DNA of 64,000 bases, from positions 1 through 64,000 of the IMG/VR virus record IMGVR_UViG_3300032032_000001; one strand, written 5' to 3'. Position 1 is the stretch's first letter, and the number at the start of each line of letters is the position of its first letter. Under the pieces are notes generated by a model. The model was not told the DNA's origin and ran no database searches. It worked only from the letters and a program-made list of their open reading frames with translations. The position numbers and the translations under genes were made by a program. Shown here one piece after another: positions 50,817 through 58,967 of the stretch. The stretch comes from a virus.

Positions 50817-51782
50817 TCACGGCCTTAGCGCCGCCTCAACTGCCAGTCTTACTTCTGTCTTTGTTAAATCGTCTGGGGATATGGGTTCATCAGACCTGTA
50901 GTCAGCGACCCTCACCTCAATACCGTATAATTGATTAATAATCTTCTCAGTTGCCTCCCTTCCAGCTGAGTCGTTGTCAAGAAATAGTACAACCCTGTTT
51001 GTCACCCTTTGGAGCAGGAGAACTTGTTCCCTACTCATATGGGATCCTAGCAAGGCAACGGTGTCCGGATAACCGGACTGAACGCACCACAGGCACGCCT
51101 TAAAACCCTCGCATACCACAACTGGCATGTCAATACATGTATACATTCTTCTTGGATAGAACTTGTCTAGTCCGTAAAGAATTTTCTTCTTATCCAACTC
51201 ATAGCTTCGGTTTACTTCATAGAATTCGGAGCGGTATATTTTATACCGTGGGTGGTCTCCCCTAACCGTTCTCCCTGAGATACCAACAAGGTTTCCATTG
51301 TGGTCTCGCAGGGCGAAAGTTATCCGCTTTCGACCTCTATCAAACCCAACGTCGTAGTCCCGTAGGAGGTCAACGTTATACCCGTCCTCCACAAGACTTT
51401 TGGGGAGGTACTCGAACATACCCAACACAGCCTCCGGCAAGGAGGGCTGGTCGAGCTTAACCGTATGTAGGGTTGGTTTTTTCTTTTGCGGGCTCGCCGC
51501 AAGCTCCTGCTTTATCGTGTCTATGAGCTTGTGCCCAACTTTGAGCCTCCGAAGAAGCCCCGTTAGGGTGTAGCCCTCATTACACGTATGACAGAAAGAC
51601 ATACCGGTATGTCTAGAGTGTGTAGACTTACCGACGTAAACATAGAAGGATGGCCGACTCTCTTGCCCAGACTTGTGGAAAGGGCAGTAAGCCGGGATAT
51701 TCTCCCCCGGAGTTTCGGCTTCTATAAACCGAATATGTCCAGATAATACAGCAATGGTTTCTTCCTTGGATAGTCCGATCAT
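50817..51782 (-). CDS. dnaG: DNA primase (CHC2 zinc finger + TOPRIM)
   Basis: CPFH...PSF...CHTC; GISGR; LYGL; VVCEG; ALLGS; FLDNDSAG. Confidence 0.9.
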   Translation of the reverse strand: MIGLSKEETIAVLSGHIRFIEAETPGENIPAYCPFHKSGQESRPSFYVYVGKSTHSRHTGMSFCHTCNEGYTLTGLLRRLKVGHKLIDTIKQELAASPQKKKPTLHTVKLDQPSLPEAVLGMFEYLPKSLVEDGYNVDLLRDYDVGFDRGRKRITFALRDHNGNLVGISGRTVRGDHPRYKIYRSEFYEVNRSYELDKKKILYGLDKFYPRRMYTCIDMPVVVCEGFKACLWCVQSGYPDTVALLGSHMSREQVLLLQRVTNRVVLFLDNDSAGREATEKIINQLYGIEVRVADYRSDEPISPDDLTKTEVRLAVEAALRP

Positions 51783-53206
51783 CCAGTTGCCGCATCCTCA
51801 TCGATTTCATCGGGAGTTCGCGTAGATGATCTAGACTGGTCCATGAGCGGACTAGCGACAACGGCGGTTACCTCGGGTAAAGAACTGCTCTCGCTGAACC
51901 CGTCCCCTTCATCCGCATCCTCCGACACGTCGCCGATTGAGTACAGATTATCGTGGGCATACCCGAAGTTCTCGGCAGCCAACGCATGTATTGTGAATCC
52001 TTCATCAGTAGTCTCTCTCGCAGCCGCGAGATGGAGACTTATCTCCTGCTTACGCTTGTGGTAAACAAGTCGAATACCAACGTCACAGTCCATTACCGCG
52101 CCAGTGTTCATGGCTAACGATGCTGTTCCGCGAGACTTTGAGTATTTGTATGCAGACCGCTCGTTCTCTTGAAGGATCGCAAGAACGGGTATTCCGGTTG
52201 ACTTCGCAATCTGCTTGATCTGTCTGTTGATGGCAGAGAGAACCTTCCAGTCCAAAGCATTGGCGCTGGTATTAACTCCTGGGAGTTCAAGCATGTACGA
52301 AGAGTCAAGTAGGACGAAATGCGGCCTGTAGATATCAATCTTTCGACGGATCTCTGACGGACCACCCGGTGACCCATCGGCACGATCACAGTCTGTGAAG
52401 ATAAGTTCTCCTGGAAAATCAGGGGAACAGGTTTCCTCAACGGATTGTAACAAGTGGGTCTGCTCGGCTACCGAGAGCGTTGCTTCCTTTAGCCGTGTAT
52501 AGTTTATGCCCGCGTTGATGGCGGTAATACGCCTTCGCATTTGAGTCCACGTCATCTCCTTGCTGTAAACAAGGACACGACGACCAGACTTGAACAACTT
52601 TGCGGCCACAAGGAGCCCGAACCAAGTCTTCATAGACTTGGGCAGAGCCCAGACCATAATAAAGTCCCCCGGCTGGATACCTTGTGTTGCGGCATTTAGC
52701 CTGGACCATGGCCAAGGCATACCGGTGAGACCGTTTGTCTCACCCGTTCTCCGTAGCTCGTCAATGGTCTCCTCTAGGGCCACTTGTGAGAAGGTAACGT
52801 CGTTTGAACGCGTGGTTCTCTCTTGTAGCCCTCCCAACAAATCATGCAGGTTCGTTAGCGCAGAAAACGGGTCTGTCCCGATCTCCTCCTGCCATGTCGA
52901 AACCGCTTTCTCGCACTCCCTCTTTAAGTAACTCCCTTTGATTTTTTCACACAAGTCGTGGACGTTTTCCACGGCGCGGGGCAAATCTAGACTTGGGAAC
53001 TGCTCTGCGAGAGATTGCTCACTTGGGATATACCCGAAGTTATTCGGCCTTCTATAGTGAGCATCAATGGTGGAGAAAAGAGACTTAGCCTCCATTGACC
53101 CCAATGTCTTAAAATGGACGCCCTCCTTTAGAACAGACTCCCACACACGTGGTGGATCATCTGCGCGAATAACGCTTGAAATTAGTTGCAACTCCCAATT
53201 AGCCAT
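51779..53206 (-). CDS. dnaB: DnaB-like replicative helicase
   Basis: GMPWPWSRLNAATQGIQPGD, ALPKSMKT (Walker A variant), SKEM, VLLDS, IKQIAKSTGIPVLAILQENE. Confidence 0.85.
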   Translation of the reverse strand: MANWELQLISSVIRADDPPRVWESVLKEGVHFKTLGSMEAKSLFSTIDAHYRRPNNFGYIPSEQSLAEQFPSLDLPRAVENVHDLCEKIKGSYLKRECEKAVSTWQEEIGTDPFSALTNLHDLLGGLQERTTRSNDVTFSQVALEETIDELRRTGETNGLTGMPWPWSRLNAATQGIQPGDFIMVWALPKSMKTWFGLLVAAKLFKSGRRVLVYSKEMTWTQMRRRITAINAGINYTRLKEATLSVAEQTHLLQSVEETCSPDFPGELIFTDCDRADGSPGGPSEIRRKIDIYRPHFVLLDSSYMLELPGVNTSANALDWKVLSAINRQIKQIAKSTGIPVLAILQENERSAYKYSKSRGTASLAMNTGAVMDCDVGIRLVYHKRKQEISLHLAAARETTDEGFTIHALAAENFGYAHDNLYSIGDVSEDADEGDGFSESSSLPEVTAVVASPLMDQSRSSTRTPDEIDEDAATG

Positions 53207-53215
53207 GTTCCCTCC

Positions 53216-53521
53216 TTAGATCTCCTGATTTATTAGGCCTTTGATTTTTTCATTTACTTTCTCTTCACTGAGTTCTTCCGTCTCTGCCACGCGGGTAAGA
53301 AAGGTGGACTCAATTGCCTCTATGAGGCGATTAGCCGCCTCTTGAACTTCATCGGACTCGTCTACATCGTTTACGTCAGCACTCCCACAAGGCCAATCAC
53401 CGACCCGAAAACCAATCTTGGCTGATACTCGTGGTCGGTGTGAGGGCCCGTGGAAATGCTTGGAAACTTGAACTTCGTAACATAGAAGCGAGTCGATTTT
53501 CACGTTGTCTATTTTTTTCAT
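53216..53521 (-). CDS. Hypothetical protein
   Basis: ATGA coupling in the operon. Confidence 0.6.
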   Translation of the reverse strand: MKKIDNVKIDSLLCYEVQVSKHFHGPSHRPRVSAKIGFRVGDWPCGSADVNDVDESDEVQEAANRLIEAIESTFLTRVAETEELSEEKVNEKIKGLINQEI

Positions 53522-53934
53522 TCGAACTTACCCTTGTAAAGCCTTTCCTGGATATCAGTCACATGTCCAAGAAGGGCTCTTCCCATATGTTCTCGGGAAG
53601 ACTCCCAGGCTAAGTCATAGGCCATTTCGTGACCAGATCTAATTGCATCTTCGTCTTGATCGCAGCGAACTGTGACCGATGAGAAGATCTCTACACCATA
53701 GGGGACTTTGTCCCATTGCCCGTCACCGTAACGAACGGCGTCAGATACTTTTGTTGATACCGAAGCTGTAACGGTTGCCACCTCTTTGTCCCCACTAACA
53801 AGTGAGTCCACGGGGACTTGCTCTTCAATGCGTTCCGCCATGTCTTTCTCCTCAAAGTTTGCGTCTTTATATGATTTACGGATGTGTATAGTGCGGGACG
53901 CATGAGCGCCCCGCACACTAAATTTCTTGGACAT
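53518..53934 (-). CDS. Hypothetical protein
   Basis: TAATG coupling in the operon. Confidence 0.6.
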   Translation of the reverse strand: MSKKFSVRGAHASRTIHIRKSYKDANFEEKDMAERIEEQVPVDSLVSGDKEVATVTASVSTKVSDAVRYGDGQWDKVPYGVEIFSSVTVRCDQDEDAIRSGHEMAYDLAWESSREHMGRALLGHVTDIQERLYKGKFE

Positions 53935-54365
53935 TACCCGACCTTGATCTTGATCTCCGCTGGGCCAACGACTCGCGGAGTCCCGAAGACCTTTTTCCGA
54001 AAATCATTAATTTGCTCAGCGGTAAACTGACCAGAGATAAGGCCCTGCTCTATAGCCTTGGAGTTGATTTTACCAATCACGCCAGGGGTCGTAAGAACCT
54101 CCATAGGGAGCGCGTGGGCAGTATAGTCGTAAGACTCTGGAGCCTTGTGGCGAGTGAATGATCCTACGGCCATTCCCTCATTACCCTCTACACCCTTGAG
54201 CGCTGTCTTAGCCTCTCCGTGCAGATGGTTGTACCGCTCGGCCAACTCGAAGAAAATGTCGAATACCTGCTGGTGGTCACCGATATACTCGGTGATCGCT
54301 TCGCGGGCTTCTTCAAAACGATTACAAGCCTCTGTGGCTTTCTTTCTTGATCCTTTGTAACTCAT
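53934..54365 (-). CDS. Hypothetical protein
   Basis: AGGAGG RBS; TAATG coupling. Confidence 0.6.
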   Translation of the reverse strand: MSYKGSRKKATEACNRFEEAREAITEYIGDHQQVFDIFFELAERYNHLHGEAKTALKGVEGNEGMAVGSFTRHKAPESYDYTAHALPMEVLTTPGVIGKINSKAIEQGLISGQFTAEQINDFRKKVFGTPRVVGPAEIKIKVG

Positions 54366-55033
54366 TATCTGTCCTCCTTTAGAACATTGAATTTTGATGC
54401 AACATCGAGGGCGTCCTTGATGTTTCCAATTGTCTTATTCCACATACCCCCGACATTTTGTGAGGGGTCGCGGTACAGTTGATTGACCGAGGGGAGCACC
54501 ATCATCGGTACCGCATACTCAACCAGATTTCCCTGTATATATGCCTCAGTAACTCTCCCACGGGCCTCGACCACAGATGTAGGACGAAGCGTTACCCCCT
54601 TCATAGCGGCGCTGCCGAATGCGAGGATAATGTGTGGTTCTATAATGTTGATCTCTGCGTGGAGCCTGCTGCGGCAAGCTGCCAACTCCCCAGGCTTCGG
54701 CGCGGAGAGCATGTCTATCCGCCCACGGGGTCGTGGGGCCAAGCTTGAGCTTGGGCAGGACACTACCGGCGTTACCCATACATATGATGGGTCAATCCCG
54801 GCCTTCTTAAGAACGGACGCGAGGAATTTCCCTTCGCCCCCATCCAGCGGATTGCCGGTAACGGCTGCTCGCGGACTTACTCGGTCAACGACAGCAACTA
54901 TCTTGGTGTGTAGTTTCCCCTGCCCCCGTATCAATACCTTACGGTGTTTGTGTAGCGGGCAGAGGGTACAATCTCTATGGTCGAACAGAAGCTCGTCAAT
55001 CTTCTCTTCCAATACTCTTGTGTCTGAATCCAT
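54365..55033 (-). CDS. Family-4 uracil-DNA glycosylase homologue, catalytic residues lost
   Basis: CTLCPL..R...GQG, AGID...V.VT.VV.C and ELAAC..RL.AEI.II.P.II.AFG scaffold with four Fe-S cysteines; motifs A and B are degenerate. Confidence 0.75.
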   Translation of the reverse strand: MDSDTRVLEEKIDELLFDHRDCTLCPLHKHRKVLIRGQGKLHTKIVAVVDRVSPRAAVTGNPLDGGEGKFLASVLKKAGIDPSYVWVTPVVSCPSSSLAPRPRGRIDMLSAPKPGELAACRSRLHAEINIIEPHIILAFGSAAMKGVTLRPTSVVEARGRVTEAYIQGNLVEYAVPMMVLPSVNQLYRDPSQNVGGMWNKTIGNIKDALDVASKFNVLKEDR

Positions 55034-56420
55034 TCGCTACAATCTTCCGTCGTAAGTTTCTACACATGGCCCCTGCTGGGCCAAACTTGTAGTCATCAAT
55101 GACAACCACAATTGGTTCTTTTTTTCCTGGTGATTTTCTCTCAATCCTACCCTTACCTTGTTGAAATGCGCCCCACGCCTTGAAGGGTGTAGCGAAAACA
55201 AGAGTATCTAGGGCAGCAACATCAAGACCCTCCCGAGCCACCCCGAAGGTGGCGAAGGTCACATCGCTATCACGGATTACCTGTGTCCGCATGTCACCGG
55301 AGGTGTCCCCGGTTACGGCACCGGCTGTATACCTATTCATACACTCCGTGTCGAGCAACTTCTGTAAAAGTACTTTGGGATGGTCTTTACTGTGAGTCAG
55401 GACAAGGATCTTCCTCCCCTTCCCTAGCGCATCTTGCACAACGGCTAAGATTTCCCTGTTACGGGAGCCAAGCTCTGAGAAGTACGTGTACATTTTCCCG
55501 GCGGAAAACTCGCCCGTAATGTCTTTGATCCTTGAGTCATCCTTAGGCACCGTGGTCTTAACTTTCTTGAAGTAGATCTGCGCCTCAAGATCACCAACCA
55601 AGTCACTGTAGAATATCGGCCCAATATGCGCGTAATATACGTCCTCTAACCCATCCTCACGGTTAGGCGTGGCGGTCAGCCCGTATCTATTACCGTAAAA
55701 TAATGGAGCGGTCTGGCTGAATGTAGCGGCAGACAGGTGGTGGACTTCATCGAAGATGACCGTCCCAAACCTCGACCGTACGTCATGTGGGATCGTGTGT
55801 GCCCGCTTTGCGAGCGTATGGATCATTGCTAGAACAAGCGGCTTATCCCACTCCTCCTTAGACCCCTGCACGATACCAATATCATCCTCCCCTATCCCCA
55901 GAAACTCCAATGCCCGGTCTTTCCACTGATCCATTAGCCCTGAGTTATTAACAATTACTACGGCGGGGTAGCCTCTTTTAGCGATTTTCTTTAGGGCCAT
56001 TACGGTTTTCCCCTTGCCGCAGGCTAGGTTCAAAACGCCGAATTGCTGGTCCTTAAAGGCATCCCAGGCCTTTTGCTGGTCCGCGTCTCTTGGTTTAATT
56101 TTGTCCCCAAAATCAAACTTCTCTAGAGAATCTTCGAGGCGCAGTTCGCCCCACTTTCCAATTTTTTCTTTCCACTCCTCTTCCGTAAAAAAGTGCCTAG
56201 CTATTACAACGTAATCTCCCAGGTCACGTGCAAGCGAGAAAGTGTTAGTTTCCCCAGTCCTTTCGTTGACGGAGATGACTTTCGACGCGTTTATTAGCGC
56301 TTTTTTATTAGGGATCTCTTCCGAAGGGACCCACATCCAAGCAGACCGGTGCGCCCCGGAAAGAGCTTCACCAGAGTCTGTTTCGGGAAGATATAGTGGC
56401 TTTTTCTTTTTAGTAGCCAA
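54996..56420 (-). CDS. Superfamily 2 DEAD/DEAH helicase (UvsW/ResIII-like)
   Basis: LACGKGKT, FDEVHH, GLTATPNREDG, EGLDV and QQGKGRIER; GGAGG RBS with TTG start. Confidence 0.9.
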   Translation of the reverse strand: MATKKKKPLYLPETDSGEALSGAHRSAWMWVPSEEIPNKKALINASKVISVNERTGETNTFSLARDLGDYVVIARHFFTEEEWKEKIGKWGELRLEDSLEKFDFGDKIKPRDADQQKAWDAFKDQQFGVLNLACGKGKTVMALKKIAKRGYPAVVIVNNSGLMDQWKDRALEFLGIGEDDIGIVQGSKEEWDKPLVLAMIHTLAKRAHTIPHDVRSRFGTVIFDEVHHLSAATFSQTAPLFYGNRYGLTATPNREDGLEDVYYAHIGPIFYSDLVGDLEAQIYFKKVKTTVPKDDSRIKDITGEFSAGKMYTYFSELGSRNREILAVVQDALGKGRKILVLTHSKDHPKVLLQKLLDTECMNRYTAGAVTGDTSGDMRTQVIRDSDVTFATFGVAREGLDVAALDTLVFATPFKAWGAFQQGKGRIERKSPGKKEPIVVVIDDYKFGPAGAMCRNLRRKIVANGFRHKSIGRED

Positions 56421-56421
56421 G

Positions 56422-56868
56422 TTAGTCCTCCAAAATTTTTGTTATTCTCTGTTTAATAAAATACTCCAGACTTTCAGTCCTGGAGCCCTCTAGATGCTCG
56501 AAAAACAAGTTAATTAGCTGGTCTACCTTGTTCTCGTCTATCTGTTCAGTTGTGATGAATTTTTTAAGCTCTGAGTTGGCGGCGGGGCCACAAGCTCTTT
56601 TTTTGGCTAGCACTTTTTCTGTCCTAGCCTTGCATACAGCAGCTATGAGTTTCTTTGCGTCCTCATCCACTTCAGGGTTTACGCCGAGAGCGGCGAACAT
56701 TTTCATTAGACTTTGGTTGGAGGGGGCCGACACGCCCGCCTCATATTGGCGGACGGTCTCCCTGCTGAGTCCGCATTCGATTGCAAACTTTCTACAGGAA
56801 TAGCCCCTTTCCAGCCTCAGTCCTTGGAGTAGCCCTCCAAAGTGACTCGTCAACTCTCCCACGATCAC
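56422..56868 (-). CDS. XRE-family HTH transcriptional regulator
   Basis: FGGLLQGLRLERGYSCRKFAIECGLSRETVRQYEAGVSAPSNQSLMKMFAALGV. Confidence 0.85.
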   Translation of the reverse strand: MIVGELTSHFGGLLQGLRLERGYSCRKFAIECGLSRETVRQYEAGVSAPSNQSLMKMFAALGVNPEVDEDAKKLIAAVCKARTEKVLAKKRACGPAANSELKKFITTEQIDENKVDQLINLFFEHLEGSRTESLEYFIKQRITKILED

Positions 56869-57176
56869 TCCTCATCAGATTCGAAATCCTTGCCACAAAC
56901 AGTACTGTCTTGACAGCTATCTTTGTATACGACAGGATCTTCTTTGTCACAAGCTTGATCTTGGTCAAGAAGGTATTGTTCTGAATCTTCTGGATTTGCG
57001 ATCTGGTTAGACGTGTTATTATTTCCTTGTGATCGGAGTTGGTGAGAAATGGTTGACAGCATATCGGCAAAGCCGTCTATAGCTATCTCAAGGAAGTCTT
57101 TTCCTTGCGGGTCTCGTAACTCCTTTGGTACTTCTACTTTAATGGTATATCTATTATCATCAATTGACATGTTCAC
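56865..57176 (-). CDS. Hypothetical protein; first gene of the replication operon
   Basis: GGAGG RBS; lies downstream of promoter P3. Confidence 0.6.
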   Translation of the reverse strand: MNMSIDDNRYTIKVEVPKELRDPQGKDFLEIAIDGFADMLSTISHQLRSQGNNNTSNQIANPEDSEQYLLDQDQACDKEDPVVYKDSCQDSTVCGKDFESDEE

Positions 57177-57211
57177 TGGCCTCCGGGTTTAGTGTAATTG
57201 TGTGTGGTTAG

Positions 57212-57231
57212 CATGGTGCTTATACCAAAAA
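57212..57231 (-). promoter_or_regulatory. Putative phage promoter P3 (TTTTTGGTATAAG-CACCAT-G)
   Basis: Motif copy heading the ~16-kb replication operon. Confidence 0.65.
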
Positions 57232-57257
57232 GCAACTAGCCCTTGTGGAGATACGGC

Positions 57258-58289
57258 ATGACAGAATTTTCAGGTACTTACGACCATTACGACGATAACG
57301 GGCTCCTGCTCCGAAAGGAGATGGGCAGCAAAGGGATCCCTCCGGTGATTAAAACCGCAACGGATCTCTCTAACCCGGCAACACGGCATGACGGAGATTA
57401 TGCTGTTGTGGCCGATACAAACCATGGGGTCGTGTACAAGTACCCGGTCTCGGACGCGGGCAACGCGGTAGCTTCGGCGGTTTATTTCTCAGAGTACGGG
57501 CACAAGCTCCCTCAGGGAATCAAGAAGACCGCAGCAAAAGCTATCAACGATGCCCTGGTTGACTTCGGCTTCACACCGCCGGAGGACTTAACCAAGACAG
57601 CCTCAATGGAGCTTGGCTACAGCGGGGAAGGTGACAACATCTCCCTTGAGAAGCTTTTCGGCATTGGTGGTGAAGATGATCCCATGGAGCTTGTTGAGGA
57701 CGCCTTCTCTAAGTTAAGCCCCCGAGGCAAGAGCCGGTTGGCTATGCAGGTTAAGGAGGCAGGCCTCATGGAGGCTGCCCCAGAAGAGCTGTTGGACTAC
57801 TTGTCCAGCGATGAGCCCGGGGTCGGAGCCAACTTTGATGTAGCGGTGGACACACGAAAGCTGGTCCTTCTTGATCCGGCAGCAGCCGGTGAGCTTGATG
57901 AGCTACAGAAGACCTCCCAGTCAAAATTCCTCGATCCAGAGGCTGTCGCGGAGGAGTTATCCCTTTTTGATCAGAAGCACCAGATCACCCACCTGTATGA
58001 TCGTGTAATAATTGATCCATGGAAGGCTGTTCATGGGGATCTATCGAAAACCGCATCGCACGGCATGACAATTGACGCTGACCAGCTTACTGATGTTGCC
58101 GAAGTTGCCGGTAAAGAGTATACATCTGACGCAATTAGCACCTGGGTGAACGATTCAGGGCTTGAGAAACTCACTGATGCATTCGGTGAGGACTTTGCCG
58201 GGGAGTTCAAAGAGGACCCCGCAAACGTGTTCAAAAGCCTACCGGTCACCCATAGGAATGCTATAGCGCGGATGATTGATGAAAGCTGA
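57258..58289 (+). CDS. Acidic protein with repeated K-T-A motifs; putative head assembly/scaffold-type protein
   Basis: GGAG RBS; VIKTA, IKKTA, LTKTA, QVKEA and LSKTA; two genes upstream of the portal. Confidence 0.5.
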   Translation: MTEFSGTYDHYDDNGLLLRKEMGSKGIPPVIKTATDLSNPATRHDGDYAVVADTNHGVVYKYPVSDAGNAVASAVYFSEYGHKLPQGIKKTAAKAINDALVDFGFTPPEDLTKTASMELGYSGEGDNISLEKLFGIGGEDDPMELVEDAFSKLSPRGKSRLAMQVKEAGLMEAAPEELLDYLSSDEPGVGANFDVAVDTRKLVLLDPAAAGELDELQKTSQSKFLDPEAVAEELSLFDQKHQITHLYDRVIIDPWKAVHGDLSKTASHGMTIDADQLTDVAEVAGKEYTSDAISTWVNDSGLEKLTDAFGEDFAGEFKEDPANVFKSLPVTHRNAIARMIDES

Positions 58290-58956
58290 GAAGACTAAAC
58301 AAGTTGGGAAGCCTGCTGATGAGGTAATACGCACAGCCTTTACAAATAAGGATGTGCACCCGCTTGTTTTGAATCTGATCATGGTGAAAGAGTTTGGTCC
58401 CGACTACCTCGCCTGGGAGCCTGAGACCTGCTGGATTGAGATTGCACGAACGTGGAACTCCACCATATCAGAGGTGAACAGGAACAAGATCCAAGCCGTT
58501 CGAATGTGTCACACAACCGATCAGCCATACGAGCGCTGGGAGGCCTTTGACATTGTTGCGTCCGGATTGGTCGGGGTCCCACCGAAGTTTGATCTTATAC
58601 AGAAGCCCACTCCCCATAGAGCAGCATTCGCCCTTGAGGTGCTTGCGCAGATTAAAGAAGAGGCCAAGGTTTCTAGCGAAGTCTATAAGTATGTCTCCGC
58701 CTGTATGCTTGACTACGGCATGGTGTATGGATCCGGCCCGCTGGAGCCGTGTAACAGTATAATGGCCAGCGTTCTGGATGGGCATGGCATATCTCAACAA
58801 GAGTCCGTCAAAAAAGCGTTGCGTAAGAACCGCAAACCAACCTTTGATGGTAATAATGATAGTGATGTGCAGCTAATGAAAACACTTTCCGTAAAGGACT
58901 TCCTTGAAGGAACATCCAGGATGCTGCTAATCCAATTAAAGAAGCATCTTCCGTAG
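58279..58956 (+). CDS. Hypothetical protein
   Basis: Overlaps the upstream stop; lies between the K-T-A protein and the portal. Confidence 0.65.
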   Translation: MKAEKTKQVGKPADEVIRTAFTNKDVHPLVLNLIMVKEFGPDYLAWEPETCWIEIARTWNSTISEVNRNKIQAVRMCHTTDQPYERWEAFDIVASGLVGVPPKFDLIQKPTPHRAAFALEVLAQIKEEAKVSSEVYKYVSACMLDYGMVYGSGPLEPCNSIMASVLDGHGISQQESVKKALRKNRKPTFDGNNDSDVQLMKTLSVKDFLEGTSRMLLIQLKKHLP

Positions 58957-58967
58957 GGAGTTAAAGT

